This document shows, one piece after another, positions 9,164 to 17,416 of a stretch of DNA of 64,000 nucleotides (positions within the stretch are counted from its first letter, which is position 1; each line of letters starts with the position of its first letter). The notes beneath the pieces were generated by a model that worked only from the letters and a program-made list of their open reading frames with translations, was not told the origin of the DNA and searched no databases. This DNA comes from Enterobacter phage ZX14, in sequence record PP236086.1, one strand, 5' to 3'. Position numbers and translations under genes: made by a program.

Positions 9164-9402
9164 AGTTTACCTTCTTGAGCCAGCACTACTAATCGCTCTA
9201 CTAGTTGTGTTGGCAGAATAATATCAGGCTCACAGCCTAAAGCATTTGCTAATTCAAGACCGTTATCGCAAATTCGCATTGCATCATAAAGAGCATCTAA
9301 TTCACACAAGGAATAACGACCCGGGCTAATTTTGTTTTTACGAGACATTTCTCGCTGAGCGGCAATAATTTTGTTTGCTGTATATTCATTAATTCGTAAC
9401 AT
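9160..9402 (-). CDS. hypothetical protein, 80 aa
   Basis: Small ORF between dda and dexA. Confidence 0.4.
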   Translation of the reverse strand: MLRINEYTANKIIAAQREMSRKNKISPGRYSLCELDALYDAMRICDNGLELANALGCEPDIILPTQLVERLVVLAQEGKL

Positions 9403-9410
9403 TCTAACCT

Positions 9411-10745
9411 CTAAACATAATAAGCATCATGACGAGCTCGTGTGAGCCCTACGTAAGCCAGCTGTTTAGCAAGATTTGCTTCAGCCATGTGAATACAAGG
9501 AGTATAGATGAAGCTGTTGTTCACACTGATACCCTGGCTTTTATGTATTGTACTCACAGGAAGTGCACGCACTTTAAGGAACGTACGTTTAATTTTCCAG
9601 AAGTCGTCCCAAGGTGGGCGCTTACCGGCTGCTTTCATTTCACGGTATGTCGTAGCTACTTTAGCCAAGAACATATCCATTTTTTGGTATTGGTCTAACG
9701 GAAGAACTTTAATCACTTCAATTTTGTATTCTTCGTCTGGGTCGATTGTCTCGACTTCAAGTGCCCAATAGTTAATATGTTGTTTGGTTGAAACATTACG
9801 AGCAATCAAAGGCATGCTTGTTAGCATTGCATCTTTAATACGAACCATTTCACCGTTGTTGAAAACAATTTCACTGAACTTTTTACCATCGAACTCGAGC
9901 TCTTTAATAAATGGCTCTTGCATAACGATAACTTCATTGTTGATGAATGGAGTTTCAGTTTCATACAGCTTACGACGAATAATATTGTTCAGCTTTTCGA
10001 CTGACTTATTCGTGAATGCCAACATACGAGTTTCGAACAGGTCTTCTGGTGATTTCACAACTTCAAAGTACTGCATCATGAAATCTTTCAGAGCTGTGTT
10101 ACTTGCAAACTCATGAACCCCGTGTCCATCGATAGTATGATGCCGCAACCAACCACCAGTACGGATTTCAGTAGCAACATCGATGATAGGAGCATTAGAA
10201 CGCATTACCTGAGTCAGATGAACCTGCTTAAAGCTTGGATGTGTGAAGAACGGAGAAATCTGAGGAGTCCCATCACTTCCAGGTTCTACAGGCTGAAGCT
10301 GTTCGCGGTCACCAATTCCGATTAATACACACCAAGGCGGAATAGAATTCAGAATGATTTTGAAAATCTTGGCGTCTAACATTGACGCTTCATCACAGAC
10401 TAATACGTTACATTTAGACATATCAGGCATTTCGCGTTGTTCAAACACGTCTTGGTCTTCGTATGTCATAGGGTTAATTTTTAAGACGCGGTGAATGGTA
10501 TTTGCTTCCATACCAGACATCTTGGCTAATACTTTTTTAGCCTGATGAGTCGGCGCCGCTAGAACAACTCCTAACACACCATTACGTATGATATGTTGAA
10601 TGATGAACTTAGTTAGGGTAGTTTTACCCGTGCCGGCAGGGCCGTTTAAGGTCAGTCGTTCGCCATTTCGACGTTGAATTGCCGCAGTGATAGTATCAAA
10701 AGCTTCACGTTGCCCCTGGTTCAAATCTTCAAACTTAATACTCAT
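9411..10745 (-). CDS. dda: Dda DNA helicase (SF1B)
   Basis: 444 aa (T4 Dda is 439 aa). Walker A LNGPAGTGKTT, Walker B VLVCDEASM, and SF1B motifs toward the C-terminus. Confidence 0.9.
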   Translation of the reverse strand: MSIKFEDLNQGQREAFDTITAAIQRRNGERLTLNGPAGTGKTTLTKFIIQHIIRNGVLGVVLAAPTHQAKKVLAKMSGMEANTIHRVLKINPMTYEDQDVFEQREMPDMSKCNVLVCDEASMLDAKIFKIILNSIPPWCVLIGIGDREQLQPVEPGSDGTPQISPFFTHPSFKQVHLTQVMRSNAPIIDVATEIRTGGWLRHHTIDGHGVHEFASNTALKDFMMQYFEVVKSPEDLFETRMLAFTNKSVEKLNNIIRRKLYETETPFINNEVIVMQEPFIKELEFDGKKFSEIVFNNGEMVRIKDAMLTSMPLIARNVSTKQHINYWALEVETIDPDEEYKIEVIKVLPLDQYQKMDMFLAKVATTYREMKAAGKRPPWDDFWKIKRTFLKVRALPVSTIHKSQGISVNNSFIYTPCIHMAEANLAKQLAYVGLTRARHDAYYV

Positions 10746-11056
10746 ACCAACTTAACCTTTTTAATAAACAGGGTGTTGAACACTTGGGCTTTAAATTTAA
10801 ACTCTTCATTAGACAAGAGCCTGCCTGGGAAATTCATTTCTTTTTTCCAGAACCAAAAGCCGGTCACAACTTTTACAGGTTTAGGGTTCAATTCACTTTT
10901 AAGAGTTTCATGTTCATCGTCAAACCATTTTTGTGCAATTTCCTTATAAGGAGTAATTACAACCAACTCTTGGCTGGAATAACGATGGAACAAAGGCAAC
11001 TCAAAGCCGTCTTTATCTTTGTAATATAAAGCATATCCATAATACATTTTATTCAC
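10742..11056 (-). CDS. hypothetical protein, 104 aa (dda.1 position)
   Basis: ORF overlapping the dda start by 4 nt. Confidence 0.45.
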   Translation of the reverse strand: MNKMYYGYALYYKDKDGFELPLFHRYSSQELVVITPYKEIAQKWFDDEHETLKSELNPKPVKVVTGFWFWKKEMNFPGRLLSNEEFKFKAQVFNTLFIKKVKLV

Positions 11057-11765
11057 CTTTTTGAATCATTGGAAGGCCACGCTTTAAACGAACGTAGTTG
11101 TGAGCGTTCATGTATTCAAAACGAAGCAAAGCTGTAGCTATAATACCATAGGCCTGGGCAGCATTTTTAGCTGTTTTAACTTTTGCCTTAGGGTCTTCTT
11201 TAGCCTTGTTCATTTCTTTTTCGAATAATACAAGAAGACGAGCAGCTTCTTCAGTTCCTGAAGCGATACGTTTCTTGAGAGTTTCAATTCGAACCATTGT
11301 GGCTTCGTCAATGACACTAGCAGCTTCAAGGTTTTTGAGGGATTCTTTACGTCCTTCAACGTTCTTCAGAACACGAAGACGAATAAAATTAAGCTCTCTT
11401 GCTTTTTTAGGAACCTTAAACGCTTCAGGCCGGTCAAGATTTTTTAATCGAGCATCAGCTATGCCAGAGGCATCCATGAGCTGCTTTAAAGACAGGTCTC
11501 CGCGCCATAAGTTGTATTTCAATTTAACTGGAACCACATTACCTTTAACATAGCCCTTATCGTTATCCCAACGCTCAAGAGTAAGTTTATCATCGCCACC
11601 ACCGAACTTTTCGCCTGAATAAGCACAATGAGTTTGAAGAAGGATATTCTCCATATATGCTCGGTCAAGGTTAAAGTCCTTACCACGAGAGCGAGCAGAT
11701 TCACGAGTGTGAGACAGGCGACGTTTAGCTTTTTTCTGGAATGGTGTTAATGGTTCTGTAGTCAT
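11049..11765 (-). CDS. srd: Srd-like protein (putative anti-sigma factor homolog), 238 aa
   Basis: Same position (after dda.1) and a similar size to T4 Srd. Lys-rich helical C-terminus. No catalytic motif. The assignment rests on synteny only. Confidence 0.45.
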   Translation of the reverse strand: MTTEPLTPFQKKAKRRLSHTRESARSRGKDFNLDRAYMENILLQTHCAYSGEKFGGGDDKLTLERWDNDKGYVKGNVVPVKLKYNLWRGDLSLKQLMDASGIADARLKNLDRPEAFKVPKKARELNFIRLRVLKNVEGRKESLKNLEAASVIDEATMVRIETLKKRIASGTEEAARLLVLFEKEMNKAKEDPKAKVKTAKNAAQAYGIIATALLRFEYMNAHNYVRLKRGLPMIQKGE

Positions 11766-11774
11766 TTTGTTTCT

Positions 11775-11822
11775 CCATGTTGGTGTAGAAGCATACTAAC
11801 AAGTTCCTACACCGTTGTAAAC
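11775..11822 (-). promoter_or_regulatory. early promoter embedded in inverted repeat (PeSL-like)
   Basis: GTTTAC (rc of 11817-11822). IR ggtgtag (11783-11789) / ctacacc (11807-11813) around the -10. Confidence 0.55.
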
Positions 11823-11867
11823 ACTTTCTTGCTTTTTATTTTCGTAGTGTATAATGGTTCTGAGGTT

Positions 11868-12497
11868 CTACCATTCAATCAGTTCCAGGTCGATGATAGT
11901 ATAAACGGTTTCAACACCATAATCTTTCACTGCTTGACTGCTACAAATACGGTACGTTGCTTCCGAAGGAAGCATAAACTCACACTCACCTTGAACCATA
12001 TCTAACTTATCTTCACGTTGTTCTTTTGCTTCCATCTGACCCATGAATTCTTCATCGGGAGCCGCCAACAAAATCTGAATCATTTCTTCTTGATAATTGA
12101 AAGCATATGGGCAGTTTTTAATACGGAAAACAATTTGAGAATTATAGTGCCACTTTGAAGCAAATTGTTTAGCTGTGCTGAAGTCGGAACTAAAGCTTGT
12201 TACACGATTCAGTGTGAATGTTTCACCTTCAGCCAAGTCATAAATTTTGTTTGCTTCAAGCAATGAAATCCCACGGAATAATGGAGGAACCGTAGATGTC
12301 AGATGCTTACGTACAATAGGATTCAATAGTTCATGAATGTAGTCAGTATTCTTATCGTTCATGCACAGCCACAGAATACTTTGCTCCTGATCAGTGAACT
12401 TTTCGTCTACACGTTGTTGAATGTAAAGACGTTCTTTTTCTTCTTCATCTAAAACTAGTTGTTTGATCGTAGAAACTTGAAGCATGATGACCTCCAT
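11868..12497 (-). CDS. mod: ADP-ribosyltransferase, ModA/ModB family
   Basis: 200-209 aa. It has an R-S-E type ART triad: PLFRGIS (Arg), VTSFSSD (STS) and QGECEF (Q/E-x-E). It occupies the T4 modA/modB position after srd. Only a single copy is present here. Confidence 0.6.
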   Translation of the reverse strand: MEVIMLQVSTIKQLVLDEEEKERLYIQQRVDEKFTDQEQSILWLCMNDKNTDYIHELLNPIVRKHLTSTVPPLFRGISLLEANKIYDLAEGETFTLNRVTSFSSDFSTAKQFASKWHYNSQIVFRIKNCPYAFNYQEEMIQILLAAPDEEFMGQMEAKEQREDKLDMVQGECEFMLPSEATYRICSSQAVKDYGVETVYTIIDLELIEW

Positions 12498-12541
12498 TGT
12501 AAGTGAAGATCATCATAACATGAGAGGAAGGGCTTGTAAAC
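12481..12541 (-). promoter_or_regulatory. early promoter plus leader hairpin, near-identical cassette to 8421-8477
   Basis: GTTTAC (rc of 12536-12541). IR atgatgacc/gatcatcat around the same ATGGAGGTCATCATGCT leader. Confidence 0.45.
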
Positions 12542-12786
12542 TACCTAAATATGCCCATTGGGATACCGAAGACTGCTATGTCTGCAGCCTGGCCTAGAGG
12601 AGATTGCGAGTGTCTGTAAGAGCTTTTGAAGGATTCAGGCTTTTTAACCTTTTCTTCAATCACTTCGGTTTTTGCTTTAGATTTAGCTTCAATTCGCTTT
12701 TGTTCGGCAAGTCTTTTCCTATCTACATCTAATGTAGAGGTAGGTATGTTTGTTAACCAATTCATCATTTCACCCAAGGTGCCCAC
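12541..12786 (-). CDS. hypothetical protein, 81 aa
   Basis: Small ORF with a Lys/Glu-rich middle. Confidence 0.3.
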   Translation of the reverse strand: MGTLGEMMNWLTNIPTSTLDVDRKRLAEQKRIEAKSKAKTEVIEEKVKKPESFKSSYRHSQSPLGQAADIAVFGIPMGIFR

Positions 12787-12977
12787 GGTGGTGGGTCATC
12801 ATAATAAGACGCAAGGTCTTGCAGGACGGCGAGAGGGACACTGATACCATGTTTCTGAATAATTATATCAAGTTCATCAACAAGTTCTTCACGCGCTGTC
12901 CTAGGCGCTTCAGGCTTCAAGGATGATTCTGTGTCCGGTATAACCAGCATATCAAACAAATCCATTACATCCACCAT
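12765..12977 (-). CDS. hypothetical acidic protein, 70 aa
   Basis: Small ORF. Confidence 0.3.
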   Translation of the reverse strand: MVDVMDLFDMLVIPDTESSLKPEAPRTAREELVDELDIIIQKHGISVPLAVLQDLASYYDDPPPWAPWVK

Positions 12978-13477
12978 TCACGAATGAGAGGTTTATAAGT
13001 GCTATATGGCTGCCCAGCTTCAATAGTCTTACGCATATTTTCTGATGGCTTCCAATTGACATAAGCTAATGAAGATTCATTCCACAACTTATATCGGAAA
13101 TATGATATGTCATCTAAACATTGGACATAAAACTTTTGTCTTTCTGCCTTTTCTTCGGAATCGTAACTAAACCAACCTTTAGCATCACTAGGACTGATAT
13201 ACCCATCTTTTGTTAAAGACCTTATAATACCCCATGGACATCCTTCAGGCAAAGAGCCTGTCCAATTGTGAGCTAACTCAACCATGATATCTTCTGGTAA
13301 AGGAATGCTTTTAAAACTAGCAACTAAGTCTTCAATCCTATCGTTGTAACGACCTGCGCCTTCAATAAAAGCAATTTCATTTACAATAATGTCTGATACC
13401 CATTCATTGCCACGTTCGTCAGGCTTTTTAAGCTTACGAGTAATGCGTGTTGCATAATTATGAACCACTGCTGTCAT
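12965..13477 (-). CDS. hypothetical protein, 170 aa
   Basis: ORF with no recognised motif. Confidence 0.45.
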   Translation of the reverse strand: MTAVVHNYATRITRKLKKPDERGNEWVSDIIVNEIAFIEGAGRYNDRIEDLVASFKSIPLPEDIMVELAHNWTGSLPEGCPWGIIRSLTKDGYISPSDAKGWFSYDSEEKAERQKFYVQCLDDISYFRYKLWNESSLAYVNWKPSENMRKTIEAGQPYSTYKPLIREWWM

Positions 13478-13497
13478 AATATTTTCCTCAATTTAAA

Positions 13498-13911
13498 TTA
13501 ATCGCAAGAACCACTACTAGAACCAGAGTCACATGACGAATAGCCTGGGTCATATCCACCTGTAGATGGTGTATAACTAGGCGTAGAATGCACTATTGCC
13601 GCAGGAGCAATCATGCTCATATGGGTGTTATCTGTATAGCTTCGGTCATAATGGGTTGCAGTTGGAGCCGTTCCAGTACGATTCGGGTTTTGATTACGGG
13701 CTTTGCTTAAAGAAGATACGCGTTTAAGTTCTTCTGCTTTTAATACTTTAGCACCAGGACTAGGGTTTGCTTTAGGGAAAGGGTCGCCTCGTCTGACGAC
13801 TTCTTCAATCATTCCATCACCCATATAGATGTATTCCTTTTCTTCTTTAATAGGAACCATTTGCTCTTGTGGTTGAGCTGGAGAAAACAGGTTTTTGATA
13901 AATTTAATCAT
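13498..13911 (-). CDS. hypothetical protein, 137 aa, low-complexity Ser/Gly/Cys-rich C-terminus
   Basis: The ORF ends with ...GYDPGYSSCDSGSSSGSCD. Confidence 0.4.
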   Translation of the reverse strand: MIKFIKNLFSPAQPQEQMVPIKEEKEYIYMGDGMIEEVVRRGDPFPKANPSPGAKVLKAEELKRVSSLSKARNQNPNRTGTAPTATHYDRSYTDNTHMSMIAPAAIVHSTPSYTPSTGGYDPGYSSCDSGSSSGSCD

Positions 13912-14144
13912 ATCGTTATATTCTCGAATTTAATTTGAACATCATTATTAGACGAAGCATTATAGTCCCAAAAACGAACTTCGAGTGATGCTTCAAGACT
14001 TGTACCAACTTCACGGTAACCATGAACAATCACATCAATATAGTATTCCGAGTCAAAGTGATACTTATCAAGATAATACTTTGCTATAAGATAGCTAATC
14101 CCACCACAATCACCTACTGGCTTACGCCATGCTGTTGATTTCAT
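13908..14144 (-). CDS. hypothetical protein, 78 aa
   Basis: Small ORF, translationally coupled (ATGA) to neighbours. Confidence 0.35.
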   Translation of the reverse strand: MKSTAWRKPVGDCGGISYLIAKYYLDKYHFDSEYYIDVIVHGYREVGTSLEASLEVRFWDYNASSNNDVQIKFENITI

Positions 14145-14341
14145 GATTTAATCCTAAAAAGATCATCAGCTAATGCTTTAGCAGTTTGGAAATCTATTTC
14201 ATTCTGCTTTTCTTTAGCTAAGTTCAGTAAATGGTCTTCGGTTTGTTCATTGAAGTCATTCATAGCTTTCCAGAACTCGTCTGGTTGTGAAAGCCAATTT
14301 TTAATCCAAGGTAAAGGGTTCAGTTTCATATTTTTCCTCAC
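14141..14341 (-). CDS. hypothetical protein, 66 aa
   Basis: Small ORF. Confidence 0.35.
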   Translation of the reverse strand: MRKNMKLNPLPWIKNWLSQPDEFWKAMNDFNEQTEDHLLNLAKEKQNEIDFQTAKALADDLFRIKS

Positions 14342-14378
14342 TTAGTAGATGATTCATTCTACCACCTGGTTTAAAAGC

Positions 14379-14406
14379 AAAAAAAAAAGGACTCCCGAAG
14401 GAGTCC
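14379..14406 (-). terminator. intrinsic terminator (UUCG-tetraloop hairpin + U10)
   Basis: ggactcccgaaggagtcc (14389-14406) is followed on the minus strand by a run of 10 T (14379-14388), directly after the stop of the 504-aa gene. Confidence 0.7.
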
Positions 14407-14411
14407 TATAA

Positions 14412-15926
14412 TTAGACAATTGTATCTTTTAAGAAGGATGCAAACAGAGAACCACGACGAGCATAACCAGCATCGTTAGGATGCACAAGGTCATGCGAAG
14501 TGTATTCTTCAGCATTTTCTTTAGTAATCCAGCCTTGGACGTCAACAAACTTCAGTGAATGTTTTTCAGCCTGTTCCATTACAGCCGTACGAATCTTATT
14601 AATTGCTTCTGTTTCACCTTGCGGCGTAGCAGGACCAATTAAAATGACCGGGACTGTAGGGAAATTGGTTTTAACAATTTCAAGAGCAGCGTCCATATTA
14701 GTCTTAAGTTCTTCTACTCTACCTGCTACAGAATCATTATAGCCTAAGCTAAAGATAATATAATCAGGAACTCTAGACAATGTCAGCAATTTATTGGTAA
14801 CACGAGTTGCTGGGACCCTTTCACCGGTAGAGGTCCAGCCAGAACCACCAATACCATCTGCTAATCCGTCTACGCCTAAATGGTCACACATAATACGGAA
14901 ATCGTTAAAGCTTGGCTGAGTTGCTTCGGTACCGAAGGTATATGAATCACCCATCTGCCATACGAATTTACGAGTACGTGGAGGCTTGGACAACGTATCA
15001 GAAGATGAACCTAAGTTCAAGCCGCCGAATGCACTGTTAACGCCTGCTAATGAATATGAGCGTGATTTACGTTCACCGCCCCAATCAACTAAATAGACAA
15101 ATGAAGAACCAGATGAATCAGTAGTTATGCTCTGTGTACCGACTCTTAACCCATCAACATAAAGCTCACAAATAGTATTAAGACCTGCTAATTTAATTTC
15201 AAATTTAGGAGAGTCAGTAACCCAGTTAGCTCTAAATTGTGTGCCATTTCCGATACCATTCCCACGATAACCAGAAGTAGAATCTTTTACATCAGAACCC
15301 CAATAATCGAAAGCAGTATCAGTACGTTCTTTAGAAACACCTGCATACATAGATGTTGCGTTAGTACCACGATAAGTAAGGTTGAATGTTGCACCTGTCC
15401 CTGTCGTTATATTAGCACCATTGTTTCCATTACCCGCTTCAGTAGCACAAGGGTTCGTAGGAGGAGTTGTGTATACACCACCTTGACGGACAGAAGCGGT
15501 TGTTATAGCACCTTCAGCACCTACTGCAGTAACACGAATTAATGTTGGCGCTGATTTAACTCCACCAGAAACATGAATAATATCACCAAACTTATAACCT
15601 GTACCACCATCAACAATTACTGCCGTATCTAAAGCACCACTACCTTTATAAAGATTCGTTGCAGGAGCAGGAGAAATAGGAGCAAATGGAGGGATAATTT
15701 CAGGAAGTTCTGGGATAATTGGTGGTATTACTTCGCCAAACATTACTTCGATATTATATTTTTGCCATTCTACATCCTGTCCTTTTTCAAAGACTGTAGA
15801 ATATAGTGGTTCTTCACTTAAAGAAAGGTTATAAAAAGAGCCTGCTATTTTATGAGCATTTGAATACACCGTAAAATAAACTGATACTTCTATACCCGAT
15901 CTTAACTTCAAATTTATATATTTCAT
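14412..15926 (-). CDS. Soc-domain fusion protein with C-terminal SGNH/GDSL hydrolase (putative capsid-displayed esterase)
   Basis: Residues ~1-66 align with the adjacent Soc (YINLKL / YVNIKTF; GIEVSVYFTVYSNAHKIAGSFYNLSLSEEPLYSTVFE vs GVEVSVAFKVYSDAHRIAGAHYQIFPSEEPAYADVVE). A Pro-rich linker follows, then a G/T/N-rich domain. The SGNH blocks are GDSY (FVWQMGDSYTFG), GYND (FSLGYNDSV) and DLVHP (SHDLVHPNDAGY). The gene has its own promoter and terminator. Confidence 0.7.
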   Translation of the reverse strand: MKYINLKLRSGIEVSVYFTVYSNAHKIAGSFYNLSLSEEPLYSTVFEKGQDVEWQKYNIEVMFGEVIPPIIPELPEIIPPFAPISPAPATNLYKGSGALDTAVIVDGGTGYKFGDIIHVSGGVKSAPTLIRVTAVGAEGAITTASVRQGGVYTTPPTNPCATEAGNGNNGANITTGTGATFNLTYRGTNATSMYAGVSKERTDTAFDYWGSDVKDSTSGYRGNGIGNGTQFRANWVTDSPKFEIKLAGLNTICELYVDGLRVGTQSITTDSSGSSFVYLVDWGGERKSRSYSLAGVNSAFGGLNLGSSSDTLSKPPRTRKFVWQMGDSYTFGTEATQPSFNDFRIMCDHLGVDGLADGIGGSGWTSTGERVPATRVTNKLLTLSRVPDYIIFSLGYNDSVAGRVEELKTNMDAALEIVKTNFPTVPVILIGPATPQGETEAINKIRTAVMEQAEKHSLKFVDVQGWITKENAEEYTSHDLVHPNDAGYARRGSLFASFLKDTIV

Positions 15927-15975
15927 ATTGGTTCCCTTTGTTTACAAGTTATATTTATTTAATGCTGTGTGTAAA

Positions 15976-16001
15976 CAAAAAAAGGACTCCCGAAGGAGTC
16001 C
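15976..16001 (-). terminator. intrinsic terminator, identical hairpin to 14389-14406
   Basis: ggactcccgaaggagtcc (15984-16001) plus a T-run on the minus strand (15976-15983), after the soc stop. It is followed by GTTTAC..TATAAC early-promoter-like sequence driving the Soc-fusion gene. Confidence 0.65.
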
Positions 16002-16006
16002 TTTAA

Positions 16007-16255
16007 TCAACCAGCAGGTTCTTCAGGTTCAGCTGGAACACCGACAAACATCGCGGCATTCTTGGTAGCCCAATCTTCTGCAGTTTCAACTACATCTGCA
16101 TAAGCAGGTTCTTCAGACGGGAAAATCTGATAATGTGCACCAGCAATACGGTGTGCATCAGAATATACTTTAAAAGCAACAGAAACTTCTACACCTTTTA
16201 CTTCACCAGATGGCAGAGTATGATCGAAAGTTTTGATATTTACATAACCGCCCAT
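16007..16255 (-). CDS. soc: small outer capsid protein Soc
   Basis: 82 aa. MGGYVNIKTF...VAFKVYSDAHRIAGAHYQIFPSEEPAY closely matches T4 Soc. It lies adjacent to gene 56, as in T4. Confidence 0.85.
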   Translation of the reverse strand: MGGYVNIKTFDHTLPSGEVKGVEVSVAFKVYSDAHRIAGAHYQIFPSEEPAYADVVETAEDWATKNAAMFVGVPAEPEEPAG

Positions 16256-16302
16256 AATGGACTCCTTTTAGTTGGATTGATTACAGGCGTATTTATTACC
16301 GA

Positions 16303-16830
16303 TTAATAACCACGGTCTTGACGAGCAAAGTTTTCTGCGTTCTTCAGATGGTAAAGCTTGTAGATTTCTTCTGCGTCCATACCAAGAGCCATGAACTTAT
16401 TCAAGAAGAAATGAAGCTGATCAATGAGTTCGAATTTAATTTCAAGCTGGTCTTCAGGAGACAGGTCTTTAATCTTTTTAGCCTGCATTTCAACATGCCG
16501 TGCTTTCCATGGTTTCCAGACAGCAGACGCTTCTTTTTCACCATTGCTCATGCCACCGAGTGCAGTGTACAGTTCACGGGTTTCATCAGCAAGATAATCA
16601 TCTTGTGCACGCAGCCAAGCCAGAACTTCACCTGCGGTTTCCAGCGAATCTGGATGGCGATTGCTTTCTGGTTTGTCTTTAGCCAGACGAACCTGCAGAG
16701 ATTTCTGCATATCAAGCATTGCCTGCAGTGGGTCTTCATTGCCACGCAACATACCGTAATATCGTCCAGTCGCCTGGTCTAAAGCCGCTTTATCTTTTAC
16801 CAGTTGAGAACATTCGTTAAAGTGTGCCAT
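16303..16830 (-). CDS. 56: dCTP pyrophosphatase gp56 (MazG-like)
   Basis: MAHFNECSQL...LQAMLDMQKSL...EKEASAVWKPWKARH...LYHLKNAENFARQDRGY matches T4 gp56. The ATG at 16830 has an AGGAA RBS. The track ORF starts at an upstream TTG. Confidence 0.9.
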   Translation of the reverse strand: MAHFNECSQLVKDKAALDQATGRYYGMLRGNEDPLQAMLDMQKSLQVRLAKDKPESNRHPDSLETAGEVLAWLRAQDDYLADETRELYTALGGMSNGEKEASAVWKPWKARHVEMQAKKIKDLSPEDQLEIKFELIDQLHFFLNKFMALGMDAEEIYKLYHLKNAENFARQDRGY

Positions 16831-16875
16831 TTTATTTCCTTTCAATTCAAGTAGAGATTAATTATAACATTATGT

Positions 16876-17160
16876 TTATTCAGCAACTAAGCCTAAAAGA
16901 ACAGATGCATTACGGAAATGTTCTATCTTTTCATATTTTGCCCAGACAGCATCTTTATCTTCGACAAAGTCGAAATCTGTTTTAACGCGAAGATTCAAAA
17001 GGCAACCCATGATATCGTTCAGCTCATCTGTCAGACGCTGGCGATTTGTTTTACCTTCGTATTCGGAATCTAATCCGAACTGCATAATCTTAGAACACAA
17101 CATTGCAACTTCGTTGCATTCTTCGCCTAGTTTTAAAAAAGCGTGTTGTTCTTGGTTCAT
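16876..17160 (-). CDS. hypothetical protein, 94 aa, all-alpha MazG-like NTP-pyrophosphohydrolase signature (EECNEV...DELNDIMGCL)
   Basis: EE..E and DE..D helical motifs reminiscent of the MazG/HisE fold. Weak. Confidence 0.35.
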   Translation of the reverse strand: MNQEQHAFLKLGEECNEVAMLCSKIMQFGLDSEYEGKTNRQRLTDELNDIMGCLLNLRVKTDFDFVEDKDAVWAKYEKIEHFRNASVLLGLVAE

Positions 17161-17183
17161 TATTTAACCTTAATTTAACTTTT

Positions 17184-17191
17184 ATAAATAT
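17184..17191 (+). promoter_or_regulatory. T4-type late promoter TATAAATA on plus strand
   Basis: Exact TATAAATA (gp55-dependent late promoter consensus), 4-16 nt upstream of the GGAGG RBS and the ATG codons of the plus-strand ORF. Confidence 0.4.
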
Positions 17192-17194
17192 TGA

Positions 17195-17416
17195 ATGGAG
17201 GTGGTTATGGGGACGATATTTTATCAAATCTCGAAACTTGGTAATAAAGAACGTAAAGCAATGATAGGCTTTTTGGCTTTCGATGTAATCGTCTGGAATT
17301 TTCTTATAGTTCCAGTCGCAGCAACTCAAGGGGTATTACTCCCTCAAGTTACATTAGAGCACATTATGTCTATTATTAGTGCATTCGGTGGTTTAGCTTC
17401 TAGCGTACCGACTTAA
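17195..17416 (+). CDS. small membrane protein, 69-73 aa, plus strand (late-promoter driven)
   Basis: ATGGAGGTGGTTATGGGG leader (the second ATG is at 17207). The product is hydrophobic (LAFDVIVWNFLIVPVAATQGVLL, IISAFGGLASS). It is the only convincing plus-strand gene in the window. Confidence 0.35.
   Translation: MEVVMGTIFYQISKLGNKERKAMIGFLAFDVIVWNFLIVPVAATQGVLLPQVTLEHIMSIISAFGGLASSVPT

Noticed and set aside
16303-16845. Track start (MKGNKM...) for gene 56
   Set aside because: That start is a TTG with no RBS. The ATG 15 nt downstream (MAHFNE) has an AGGAA RBS and matches the T4 gp56 N-terminus.
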